A DNA stretch of 62,279 nt, the filler included, from Sphacelaria rigidula (Eukaryota), in the NCBI GenBank assembly GCA_964200075.2. It is 9 parts of 9 records of this genome, joined end to end, with 100 filler letters (N's around TTAATTAATTAA, not from the genome) between each part and the next. Parts side by side here need not be neighbours in the genome. Positions count along the whole stretch, not along the records: positions 1 to 6,832 come from CAXNAA020017859.1; positions 6,933 to 13,764 come from CAXNAA020017860.1; 7 more parts are not named here. One strand, written 5' to 3'. Below, piece by piece: positions 1-11,243 of this stretch (positions are counted from its first letter, which is position 1; every line of letters begins with the position of its first letter). Under the pieces are notes generated by a model. It was not told where the DNA came from and did no database searches. It worked only from the letters and a program-made list of their open reading frames with translations. Made by a program: the position numbers and the translations under genes.

Positions 1-1242
1 CTAATCGTATGCATGATCATGAGTACACCCCCCCCCCCCCCTCCCTCCCTCCCTCCCCGACACACTCTGTACTTGTCCCGTGTCATGAAGATCTTCTCCG
101 TCGCACCTTCGAACATGACTTCTGTCGTGTGTGGAAGGGATAATATATGGAGTAAGTCAGTCAGCGACGTGTTCACCTGTCGTTTCCTTACTTGGCTTTT
201 CGCACCAGAAATTTGGCGGTAAGCACATCAAATAAGTACGTCTACGAACCATTTCGAAAACACCGATGCGGACCCGTTACGTCGACACCCTCATTCGGAC
301 TGACTCGATCCGCCCCTGTAAGGATACATGTCAATGTTGTGGCATTTGGTTTCATGTTCATCGTGGGTGTTCCGGGAGTACTGTTAAGTACCGTGCTGCT
401 GTTGTACAATGTGTACAATACTTCTAAGCTGGCCCCACCGGGATGCCCTGCTGAGTTTTTAACGACAAGAGATTACATTGTTGAAAAGTGTATCGCGTAC
501 AGTATGGAATCTCTTGTCTACTGCAATAGACGCAATACTCGATTATGTGCGCAGTAAGTACACTTTTTGATTATGTAATTTATCGAATGGCAAAATCCTA
601 CGGTATTGCTCAACGGCGTTCGTGTACAGGTGCACTGCTGCTCGGTGTGATGAGCAGATGGTGGGTGGTGACCACTGAGTGTGTGTCATGTCTGTTGGAT
701 TTTCGCGCGTCTGCAGCAGGAGGGGACTCCGCAAGTACAGCAAGGGGTCCCCATATAGCGGCAGTATACCGCTATATCGAAGTTTACTGGCACGAAGTGA
801 CTTTGGCATCGCTATTCAGGGAATTCCGCTATTCGGGATGACGCTATATCGGCACCCGTACTGTACCGACATGGTACCAGAAGCAGCCGGGAAGTCATCA
901 TCCATTGGTGTTAGTCAAGGGGTGGCAAATCTACGAACCAGTTATATAACGCACCGTCGTCTACGGTGTGTTGGTGATGAGCGATACCCCCCCCCCCCCC
1001 CTCCCCCCCTGTCCGTTCCCCCCTGTCCGTTCCCCCGTACCACCAGTGCGGTCGCTCAATGATGTTCGGGTTAAAAATATCTGATTATCTCTTTTAATTT
1101 CAACTTCATCGTGTTGTTGTTGTTGTTGCTGCTGCTGCTGCTGCTGCTGTCATTAATTTCCTCGCCTTTGATGATTCGTTTGTACGTCCGTGTTGTGTAT
1201 GACTCTGTGTATTTCGTTCTTGATGCTAACGCCTTTGCACGG

Positions 1243-1386
1243 GTCTGCTCGCGCCGGGGGGACTCTCACCAACAAGCGTGCCGCGGCGTGCCAAAACCGC
1301 GCCGCGGAGCTGAACCGCCTGGTGGGCGTGTCAAGCGAAACAAAGCCGCTGGAGGACCTGCCCGACGACTTTTTCCAGTCGTTCCG
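1243..1386 (+). pseudogene. SAE1: Orphan exon of a SUMO-activating enzyme subunit 1 (SAE1/Aos1, ThiF/E1 family)-like gene, probably non-functional
   Basis: Translates as ...NKRAAACQNRAAELNRLVGVSSETKPLEDLPDDFFQSFR, resembling the E1 segment NRAxAsxxRxxxLNPxVxVxxxxxxxExxPxxFFxxF. It has a GTGAG donor at 1387, with a branch-like GCTAAC and pyrimidine tract upstream. The acceptor reads CGG rather than CAG, and the conserved LNP is LNR. No other exons were recognised in this contig. Confidence 0.6.
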
Positions 1387-1414
1387 GTGAGCGGGGGGGG
1401 GGGTGCAAACGTTG

Positions 1415-2908
1415 CACACCCTGGACAATACAATATATAATATATATTGCCCGCTCAATATGTCGACGCGACGGGTGGTAAATATATATTGGGTGAACAA
1501 TATGATGGCACGAGAGAGGGTCAATATATATATTGTGCCATCAATATGTCAAGGCTCGCCACATGCCATATATATCGACCGAATAATATAGCACGACACG
1601 CGCCACCTCAATATATATCGGCCGAGTAATATATTGGTGCGAAAAGGCACTGATATATATATATATATATATATATATTTGTCGAGTAATATACTGGCTG
1701 CCACACGAGGTCAATATATATATTGATGATTCAATATACTCAACACCCGAAACACCAATATATATTGCCGCCCCAATATGTCGTGCGTCAATGCGTCCAA
1801 TATATATTGGGCGGACACTACACGAGGAAACCGACGGTTACAGTACATACTGGTGCAGCGAAATAAATTGATTTGCAACATGTAGATTGGAACGTGTATT
1901 GGAATTCGTGGAATTAGTATGGTGAGCAACGCTATGTTCGCGGGCGCCATTGGAAGATGGATCACCACATGCCGAAAACGCTCAAGATATTCCTCCTAAA
2001 GCGTGTTCAATATATATTGGCTGCACAAGAGCTATGCGATGAGCATGCGCAATATATATTGGAAAAGCAATACTTTCGCATCGTTTGCGTTCAATATATA
2101 TATTATGGTAACAATATGCTACACATCGCTTCGACTTCAAATATATTGACACTTGAATACATACACGGCCGGCATGCACAATATGTATTGGATGCTTTAT
2201 TCCCGGAGCAAACGCATGTCCGATATATACATATACATATATTGTTATACATTACTTCATGATCATGACACGAGCAATATATGTTGTTGCTTCAACGTCT
2301 CCGAGGACATCTCAACACAATATATTTTGAAAGATTAATTTTTGAGCTGGCTCCAATGCAAAGTATTGGTATCATATTTTGATATATTGTATTGTTTAGG
2401 ATATAAGCAACACAGCCCCGGTGACCGCAGGGGTACCAAAAGGCGCACATCGACCCGCCTTTTCTGTCATCGTGATGTTTAGCCAAGATATATTAATTAC
2501 ATCCTAGGAAGGGGATGGGCGGCCCCGCACCGGTGGCCAGATGAGTTTTAGGAGGCATACATACCGGGTCCCCTCTTCTGTCACCATATTTTCTTACCAG
2601 TATATATATATATATGTGTGTGTCAAACGCATTGGACAACTCTCCGTAGTAATGGGCGCGAAATTCTGCGGCTCCCTTTGAAGCTTTTCCCAATCTGCAC
2701 GGGCTCCGACATCCATCGCGTCTGGATCTTTCTTAAAGCGTACACCACACTCGTGATACCCAATATATATATATTGACCGGTCAATATGTTTTCATCAAT
2801 GCGACCTTAATATATACTGGTCGTGCAAAATATGTTGTCGCCCACGCTGCCCCAACATATATATATATATATATATTGATGAGACAGTATGCGTTCAACC
2901 CACTAGTA

Positions 2909-2942
<34 letters not shown>

Positions 2943-3112
2943 GCGGGCAATATGTATGCAGTCTCACGACATCAATATATATTGGGCGCGCAATACGTGT
3001 GCAGTCTAAGAGTACCAATATATATATTACACCGGCAATGCATCGCAAAAATCCCAAATCCAATATGATCGACTAATATATATTGGAAAGATATTGTATT
3101 GTCCAGGGTGTG
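1415..3112. mobile_element. Non-autonomous TIR DNA transposon (22-bp perfect TIR, 8-bp TSD) containing a phased palindrome/spacer array
   Basis: TIR CACACCCTGGACAATACAATAT at 1415-1436 and its exact reverse complement at 3091-3112. TSD AAACGTTG at 1407-1414 and 3113-3120. The interior is made of repeated CAATATATATTG-N6-CAATAT-N~18 units. Confidence 0.9.
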
Positions 3113-4721
3113 AAACGTTGTTGTTGCCCGTGCAAACAACACCGACCGACTGAGATTCGTTTTTGACTCGAGTTTCTCCCTTGCATGCCTTCGTGTTGGG
3201 TTTCACTTCGATCCCCTGATTGCTCATGAGGTTGTCACGACTGTAGACGTGCCGTCCCAGAGTTTCTCATAATGAACGGCCGGGGCTGATGACCTCGGTA
3301 GTGGACGCGGGGTGCCTCAGTAGCTGGTGAACCCGTGGCCGGGTACTCATGCTTCCAATACATGGATGCGTGCACATGTGACAGGCTTTATATGGTAGTA
3401 TGGGGCATGCCAAGGACTACAGCGATATGTAGTACCCCCAAAAAACACGAGACTCTGGAACAAATTTTGGAGGAATCGTTGCGGATTTGCTCAGGCGTCA
3501 GAGGAATGTTTTTGGTTTTCACCCGTAGATCATGACCCGACAACACCGCACTTTTGTTTTTGGTGCCACTTTCCATTTTGTACTCCTTTCATTGCAGAGA
3601 TATATGTATGTAAATATAGTCGAGGTTTTTTACGCGACGTATGTACGCATAACTTGTAGCTGTAAATCTGGGCGATACGACACAAGTAAGACCAGCGCGT
3701 CGTGGGGGGAGAAGGCGTAGGTAGCGCACGCAATGCCTTGACATTGCTACGCACGTTATTTTCCTGCACACTCTAATACTGAATGAATGTACTGTGACTT
3801 CAGCGACCCCTGCCTCACGAGGCTGTGATGTGGATAATGACCCTGCTCCGTTCCACTAGTCTGGTAATAAACCCTTATCCTTTGAGAGGGTGGTCAAGCG
3901 CGAAATCAAGCCTTGAATCTGCAGCACCCGTACAATTGTCAAGCATTTATAGGGCGATTGCTGCCGTAGAAGTTGCAACACGCATATATATATATATATA
4001 TATACACACACACGAGAGTTTCTGCGGCTTCGCCGCCACGATCACTGGATCGACAACCAAGGTACATGGGCACCGGGGATAGCTGTGTGCGTTGTGTAAT
4101 GGCAAAGGTCATACGTAGTGTGGAGAAGAAGCCGCAGCAGCTCATGGGCTGAACACGGTAGTCAATCTGGATCATGGATACTTTTATTGAGTGAAATTGA
4201 TGCCACTTCAACATATGACCTTCTTTTCTCGCCGTCAAAAGGTTGATGTAGAGCGGCGAGAATTTTTTGTCTTGTCTTCTGATTGTCTCATGAGCATGAT
4301 GCCGGTTCGATTTTCATGTGAAATCGATGCCGATTCCACAAGAGACTTATTTTGTTTCGTTTTCAGCCCGAAGAGCAACATGGATGATGAGTGTGTACGA
4401 AGGCTCAATACAACCCATCACGATCAAGGGTCACCCGGAGGAATTGACCGCCCCCGCAAACCAAGAATACATATAGAAGCCACCAATTTGACCATTTCAT
4501 CGCCAACCAAGAAACGAAATGACCGCCAAGCAAAAACACATATAGTGGCAACGAATTTGACCATTCGACTGCATCATAATTGTTATCTCCTGTTGAATCG
4601 GCATCCGTTACTTGGACTTGACAAACTACTGCTTGGCCCACATGACCTACCCTACCGGTCAGAGGATTAAAACAGTGAAAAATGAAGTAAGGTCGACCAT
4701 GCGATATACACGCATGATAGT

Positions 4722-4986
4722 TGTGTGCGTTACGTGTCACACAGAAGAAGGCCAATGCGGGAAATTCGGTGGTGTTCACCTTATTTTTTCATCGCGAAAG
4801 AGGTTCAGCGATCCCTTTCCCTCGTCGACCGTTAAATCGAATTCTGTCTACCCACGACATTGTCGCCGTCCGCTGTCGAACATGGTGTAAGCTAAAATTC
4901 CAGATCGTGTGACTGCACTGTTGTTTGAACCCATGACCCAACCGTCATAAGGTTTCGGGATCACCAACTGAGCCACCGGGGCGACC
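4722..4986 (-). mobile_element. tRNA-derived SINE family A copy (degenerate)
   Basis: The minus strand begins GGTCGCCCCGGTGGCTCAGTTGGT (A-box). The body is shared with copies at 5454, 10061, 25078 and 56076. Confidence 0.7.
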
Positions 4987-5453
4987 GTCTGTCGACTAAA
5001 ATATGGCAAAAATAGAAGCCGGCGCCTCATGACAAAAAAACGCATGTACGGCAGAGTAGCAGTAGCAGCAGCAGCAGCAACAACAGCAGTCCAGACACAG
5101 TAAACGGGAGGTACAGTCGAGACTAAGCGACATGCGGGCAAGATCACAACATGCTCCCGGGGTGCCTCGAGATTATGTGGAGCGTCGTTCCGCACAGCCC
5201 ATCCAACTGAGCATGATGCCGATTCAATTTTCAAGTGAAAACGATACCGGTTCCACGAATGAATGTGGGGCCTGTGTACGGTAAGAGGTGGCATCTCCGA
5301 CGGTCAAAGGCCCCCCCGTTCAACGAGGAGATGCATTAAACGTCAAAATGCCATGCAGAACAAAGCGCGGAAAGAGTATGCACCCCAAACCTAAGCAAGA
5401 CGGGAACGCCCCTCAATGCGTAGCGAAATGCAACTGAAGAGGCTGATACGTAT

Positions 5454-5761
5454 GTGTGTTGTTGTGTGTTGTCGTCCCATTTATTCTGAACGCCAGTCTA
5501 CCCCTTTCGGGATATGTGGGCGCATCAGCCGGGGTCACACAGGAGGAAGGTCAACACTGGAGCTTTTTTATTTTTATTTTTTTCCCCACCTTCCTTCTGC
5601 GGTGCTTGCCTTTTTTATTTTATTTTGTGTACCCACGGAATAGTCGCTCTCCACTGTTGAGCATGGTGTAAGAAAAAATCCCAGATCGCTCCGAGAATCG
5701 AACCCCACAACTCAACCACCAGAAGGTTACGAGGTTACCAACTGAGCCACCGGGGCGACCC
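5454..5761 (-). mobile_element. tRNA-derived SINE family A copy
   Basis: Minus-strand head with A-box TGGCTCAGTTGG and B-box GGTTCGATTC, conserved body (CCTTCCTTCTGCGGTGCTTGCC on +) and a CA-rich tail. Confidence 0.8.
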
Positions 5762-6832
5762 GTATAGTCAGCGAAAAGTTGTACTCGAAAATCAAGTAAA
5801 AAATGTTGGCCTCTCAGAAGTTCGTCGAACGAACTGGCCCCGAAAGACATGTACTCTGTAATCAAGTAAAAAGACACCAAAAGTGCACCTGTCTGCAGGG
5901 CCTGAAAATGAGCCGAAACGTAACCTGTACATATTGTACAAGGTTTTTGGCGCTCCGCGCCACCGCTCAATGGAAAGTTTCCCAAGTTCCCAAGGCAAGA
6001 GGTAATAAGGAGTGTTGCACACCGGCATTAGCCGTCGCCCACATGGAGAAGTGCTGAGAGGCGGAGATATGATTCATAGATAACTCGTGTGACACGAAGA
6101 TATTTTTCAGAGACAAGTCGTTCTTTTTTTTTCCACCTTTTTTTACTTTCAAACATCGTCGACGACGATAAAACCCGACCGAAAAAGAATCGGAAGGAGG
6201 CAGGAGACACTGGTTCTGCACAACAAAAAATATTTTCGTGAAGCTCCATCCATCCGCCGTCCGAAGAATCTACGCGAAATGAGCGTAAAATCGACAAACC
6301 CCGAACGAAAATGAAGAGTCGAAACGAGGCGGAAGACATTGATCGTACAGAACCCAAGAGCTACCTGTGAAGGAATATGACAGGGTCGACAATATGAAGA
6401 ACAAATGTAAAAAATCACTGTTGCCCGTCGATGGGACCATGTAGAAGACCATCTTTCATGGCAGCGAATCTCAAATCGGCGAACTCAAAATCGGGGGGAA
6501 CGCTTCATGGTACAGACGGTATCATAGATTTGTGAAATAGTTCTGTACACGGACGGACATTATCAGCACAAGTGTGGTAGCGCGTACTTGTGCATGAAGC
6601 CGAAGAGCAGGCAGGCGGTGAATAATCCTTCGAGTACAGTGTCGTACCTCGGTACCCTAGGGTAATAAATGCAGGACACTCCATTATTACAGTGCATGAT
6701 AATGTCGTGTGGTGGCACATGATGATGCGTGAGAAGATTGCAGTAGTGCAGTGCCATACATTAAGCTGCAACTACAGAGCAATGCTACGGTAGGGGTGCA
6801 CTTTTTTCTCGAATTTTTGTCTGGTTCAGGGG

Positions 6833-6932
6833 NNNNNNNNNNNNNNNNNNNNNNNNNNNNNNNNNNNNNNNNNNNNTTAATTAATTAANNNNNNNNNNNN
6901 NNNNNNNNNNNNNNNNNNNNNNNNNNNNNNNN
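6833..6932. other. Artificial contig linker (N44-TTAATTAATTAA-N44); identical linkers at 13765-13864, 20697-20796, 27628-27727, 34559-34658, 41490-41589, 48420-48519 and 55350-55449
   Basis: 100-nt spacer with stop codons in all six frames. The contigs it separates have monotonically decreasing lengths from 6832 to 6830 bp. Confidence 0.97.
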
Positions 6933-7000
6933 GGGGAAAGCACTGTTTTAGGCTTGAATCTCATCTCGGAGTCAAACCTCAATTCGCACAATTTGTTGTT
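6933..7000. repeat. Terminal arm of a foldback/TIR element running into the gap; inverted near-identical copy at 13700-13764
   Basis: GAAAGCACTGTTTTAGGCTTGAATCTCATCTCGGAG...TTGTTGTT matches the reverse complement of the other end of the same contig. It resembles the arm of the foldback element at 15542-15964. Confidence 0.7.
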
Positions 7001-7277
7001 GTATGCATCACGTCCAATTGCCTTGATCAACCACGGTTCCCCTCAAGATCGAAACACGAACACTTTTTGCTGGCCACCATCCGTGGCTGGTGCTGGCGTA
7101 GGAGCAGCTGGTGCTGATGAAGGGGTGACTGGTGGCACAGCTGCCATTTGGTGCACTTGGTCTCTCGTGTGTGTTCTTGTGTGAGTGCGTGGGGTGCTCA
7201 CATGTTCATGCGTCAGCTCGATCTCAGCCAGCGGTCTAATCGTAATTGTGTAACGATGTTAACAATGACCCGGGCCA

Positions 7278-7517
7278 CCAAACAACTACTTGTTCAGGAT
7301 CGTGTGCAACTAGTTGTTTTCAAAACAACTAATTGTCCAGAATCGTGCGCAACTAATTGCTTCCAAACAACTACTACTGTTCCAAAATCGTTCGCAACTA
7401 GTTGTTTCCAAACACCTAATGTTCCAAACTCGTGCGCGACTTGTTGTTTCCAAACAACTACTCTTTCAGAACCGTGTGCAACTAGTCGTTTCATCTCCCA
7501 GAATCGTGCGCAACTAG
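7278..7517. repeat. Minisatellite, ~41-bp unit (consensus approx. CAAACAACTACTGTTCCAGAATCGTGCGCAACTAGTTGTTTC), about 6 diverged copies
   Basis: Recurring AAACAACTA and TCGTGYGCAACTAG motifs are visible in tandem. Confidence 0.85.
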
Positions 7518-8044
7518 CCGGTGCTTGGTCGACAAACACATAATTAGTTACTTGTTGGTCACAGTTATACACGGTGTGAAACGTTTGCATTGGTCAGCGC
7601 CATAGACAAGAGGGTCAAGATGTGGCAACCCTGGGCACCCCTGTATTTTTAGAGGAGCTGTATAGTACACCGCCTATCGTTCTTGTACCGACGAAAGGGC
7701 TGGCAAATTGGGTATGTGCTGGGAGCACGATGCCAATCTCTCGAGTGAGTGGGAATCGCCGAACGAGGACGCACAAAGGACGGGGGCGAAGAGCTGCTTC
7801 CGTGCCATTACTCCTGCGGTGGTATCGTCATGGACACGCGAGTACACCGCATTCATTGGGTGCACCTAGCCACGCCTGCTTGATTGCAACAGAAACCAAA
7901 GATCCGCAAATGCTTTCGTTTTGCAACACTGTTGCGGGTACAAGGTGACCTCCCGAAGGCGGGCTCAGCCCCGTTTGAGAATCGAGCCCCATTTTCCAGG
8001 ATCCTCTGTTTCATCAGCTCTCTGCTCTAAGAAAAGCATGATGA

Positions 8045-9074
8045 GAGCAATGCTAAGGTAGGGGCTGCACGTTTCGGTTCCGGGGCTCACCTTGCAGGAG
8101 CACAGATATATGGGGCTTTGTCATGAGGAAGGAAGATAGAGAGGCGTTATTTGTTCCTTCAGACAGTTTTGAGGCAGGTTGGCTCATAGATCACTCGATC
8201 CAGCCATGGGAATGCTCCCAAAGTTCTGGGGAAGGTTGATGTACAGGCTGCGTTCTAGGGAAGATTGATGCACAGGCTGGTATATCCTAGCTGGGGAAGA
8301 TTAGTGTGCAGGCTGGCATGCCCTGGCCCCGAGGAGGCAAACGCCTTCTCGGGCCGAATTCAGATAGGTTGCGTCGCATGTACCCATGCATCGTCGCTCA
8401 CTCTTGAGCTACCCTTCGAGCCGGACCATCTGCTCCTACTGTTTACCATTGGTGAGAACAGTGTGCTGGGCTATTAAGGGGATACTCAGTGAGAGTTAAA
8501 AAGATATCAAGCCTTTGAGCTCCTTTTGTTTGTTGCTACTGTGACCAACAGTCACGTGAATCTGCACGTGTGTATTTGCAGCTTGCTTTACTCGGACACC
8601 TGGTGCGTTTGCGCACCTACTCAAGCCTGCAGCACACTGATCATAGCTGGGAAGGTGTGGACCTTGTTTCTACCTCCATCTATATCACACTGGCGTACGA
8701 CGAATTGGCCGTGTTTTGCTTGGTTTTTCAGTAGCCCACGCGTCTTCCCATAGCCTTGCCGCATTGTGTAGCTTTCCCTTTCTGTAGCCCCGTTTGCTGC
8801 ACCTCACTTTTGGTTCATCTGTATTTTGACCCCCCCCGGTTAGTAGCAGTTCCAACAGTCCATGTATATCACAGCTTGCTGTGCAACCGAAATCTCCGGG
8901 GACCGAACTTGCAGAAATATGGTGTATGACGAAGGGGCCGTTTCGTGAGTCGGCATAATTTTCAGTCTTTCCAGGTAACAATGATGCCGATTGACAAAAT
9001 GACTCGTTCAACACCCCAAACAGCCCTGAGAAACGTTTTCGCTAGAAAGTGCAACCCCTACCGTAGCATCACTC
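8045..9074. mobile_element. Non-autonomous TIR element with GAG...CTC termini (Sola-like ends), ~1 kb
   Basis: Left end GAGCAATGCTAAGGTAGGGGCTGCAC; right end reverse complement GAGTGATGCTACGGTAGGGGTTGCAC. Flanks are ATGA/ATGG (imperfect 4-bp TSD). The same terminus occurs at 6777 and 10794. Confidence 0.65.
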
Positions 9075-9344
9075 ATGGATGAGTGTTTTATTCTGTGTCG
9101 CCCAAACAAGTGCCTGCGGATACTATTGGCCTTCTTTCTTGTACCGCACGGCGCGAAAGACCTTAACCGCCACTCTGCACTCCCTACGAAAGAGTCTTTT
9201 ATTGACACCGTCATATGAGTCCTCCAGACTATCCTGTGCTCATCTATGAGTAGAGATCTAGTCCATTGTCTCTACGACACAAAAACATTTAGATCTGTGT
9301 CCTGCATCCGTAGACGGCACACTATTTACAGCGTGCACTGTACT

Positions 9345-9447
9345 TCTGGAGGGCCGCGCACCCCTCCGGAGGCGTTCGATTCCTGTGGAGGCTCGAAAAA
9401 TTAACCGACCTGGAGGAATATGGGGGGTAGCCAAATGGCCGCGTGTG
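9345..9447 (-). repeat. Terminal fragment of a CACAC-terminal repeat family carrying CCTCCGGAGG palindromes
   Basis: Ends in CCAAATGGCCGCGTGTG, as do copies ending at 10034 and 18737. Confidence 0.7.
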
Positions 9448-9802
9448 TAGTTTTTGTATATGCATATATACTGTATCACAGGTATCACAGTACAGTACCC
9501 TCCCCATCACCTTGTCTTGCACGTCATAATGACTCAATTCCAAGTATAGCCTAAACCGCATTGCTGGACGGTGCTTATTATTATTATTATTATTATTTCC
9601 GCACATTAGTCCGATCTCGCGAACCCGTGGTCACAGACGTAGGCTCGCCTTTCCAATACCATCCCTGCTATTCCTTACCAGACACATTACCAAAGAAAAG
9701 AAAAAAATAAGAAGAGCGACGCCACGAAAGCTAGTCGGTCGTTATTGCTGACATTTGTACACGTATCGGTTGGGTAGGTTGGACGAGGAATTGTTTTGGT
9801 TT

Positions 9803-10034
9803 CCTCCAGAAGAAATACACGCCTCCGGAGGCTTGGTTTTGCCTCTGCAGGGTCGCGCATCTCTCCGAAGGCATTTGCTACCCCCAAATTCCTCCGGAGG
9901 GGTGCGCGGCCCTCCAGGTCAGGAGTGTTTGGTTTCCTCCAAAGGAATTGAAGGCCTTCGGAGGCTTGTTTTGCGTCGGAGGGCCGCGCATCCCTTCGGA
10001 GGCATTTTGGGGGGTAGCCAAATGGCCGTGTGTG
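9803..10034 (-). repeat. CCTCCGGAGG-palindrome array element end (same family as 9345-9447)
   Basis: About ten CCTCCGGAGG-like palindromes at roughly 20-bp spacing, ending in CCAAATGGCCGTGTGTG. Confidence 0.75.
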
Positions 10035-10060
10035 TATGTGAATATGTAAAAACTGAAAAA

Positions 10061-10414
10061 GGTAGCCCCGGTGGCTCAGTTGGTAACCACGAAACCCTCT
10101 GACGGTTGAATCGTGGGTTTGAATATTGAGCGATCTAGGAGTTTTCTCACACAATACCCAACAGTGGAGAGCGACGATGTCGTGGGTACACAAAATTCGA
10201 CTTCATGGTTGACAAGGGAAAGAAACTGCTGGGTCCCTCTCGCGATCAGAAAATACAGGCAAGAATTGCAGAAGGGAAGCGGAGAACTAAAACAAACAAC
10301 GAAGAAAAAAACTCCTGTATTGGCACCCTCTATGTGACCCCGGCTGGTGCTCCCACATACACCGAAAGGTGTATATCGACGTCCAGAAGAGATGGGACGA
10401 CAACACGCACACAC
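10061..10414 (+). mobile_element. tRNA-derived SINE family A copy
   Basis: GGTAGCCCCGGTGGCTCAGTTGGT head, degenerate B-box GGTTTGAAT, conserved body and CA tail. Confidence 0.75.
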
Positions 10415-10545
10415 ATCGTTGGTGCAGACTGTACACGAGGTGGCTCTTGCTTCAACATACGTCTCAAAACCAGATACAGTAAGTTCCTTGAAATAAATGG
10501 ATGACTCACGAGTAAATGACATTGTTTTCCCCGTGGTTGAGAAAT

Positions 10546-10794
10546 GAGTCGGCAGGGGTGCACAAATTTTTCCTGAGATTATAATTGTTAGGAGCCCTTT
10601 ATCTCACCCGAAAACACGACTGATGAAACATGTGAGAGTACGCCAGGATTATCAACTCAGTGTGCTAGCAATATCCCGACTGAATTTGCAAACGGGGATA
10701 ACCTGACCCATATTCTCGTGCTCTAGAATCGTCAGGAGTCCCTGAACCAGACAAGATTTTGCGCAAAAAGTGCATCCCTACCGTAGCATTACTC
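10546..10794. mobile_element. MITE with GAG...CTC termini and 4-bp TSD AAAT (Sola-like)
   Basis: AAAT at 10542-10545 and 10795-10798. Left end GAGTCGGCAGGGGTGCAC (short deletion relative to the family); right end GTGCATCCCTACCGTAGCATTACTC. Confidence 0.7.
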
Positions 10795-11012
10795 AAATGG
10801 GATTCCTGATTTGAGACCTGGGATACCTAGTCAGCTCTGTTCATCGCGCACACTAAATCCAATCCTTTCAATGATCCACATCGTAAGCGGATGACCGTAT
10901 GGGTTCGCTCATACCTGATTGGCTGTAGCTAGCCGCGAAGCACTAAACGGTCATGACATTTTCGCTACACAAGCTGTTCAATTACAAGAACCAACTGCAT
11001 GCCCGTACTCAC

Positions 11013-11243
11013 CGCAAGACCCTTGAGGTTGGGCAGTTGTTTGGCTAAAAACTTGAAGTCCAGGTCCTTGGAGCCCTTCGAGTACGTAAGGTCCAGGTGT
11101 GTGATGAGGTTGCCCGAAGGAAAGCCGAGGGTTTCGAGGCTACCGAGTTTTACTTTGAATCCCAGAGTGATGCGGCTAACAGTTCGGCAGGGATTCCACG
11201 CTTGGATCACCTCGAGTTGCTTCACCAGGTCTTGCCACCCCAC
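11013..11243 (-). pseudogene. Exon-like fragment encoding a leucine-rich-repeat-like peptide
   Basis: Translates as ...LITHLDLTYSKGSKDLDFKFLAKQLPNLKGLA and ends at a GTGAGT donor (11012). There is no clean AG acceptor at the expected position. Confidence 0.4.

Noticed and set aside
2618-3076. 152-aa ORF with YI repeats, and similar low-complexity ORFs (55082-55405, 53915-54406, 25894-26151)
   Set aside because: These are translations of (AT)n, (ATT)n, (GCA)n and (CTA)n repeats with no coding signal.
1431-3085. CRISPR array
   Set aside because: The repeat is only a bipartite 12+6-nt motif, lies inside a TIR/TSD-bounded element in eukaryotic DNA, and no cas genes are present. Kept as a motif-spacer finding instead.
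5700-5761. Functional tRNA genes at SINE heads (also 10061, 23760-23831 and the B-box at ~41640)
   Set aside because: A/B boxes are present but no convincing cloverleaf. The SINE-head copies continue into a shared ~250-bp repeat body.
6877-6888. TTAATTAATTAA as a biological motif
   Set aside because: It is embedded symmetrically in N runs at every junction, so it is an assembly linker.
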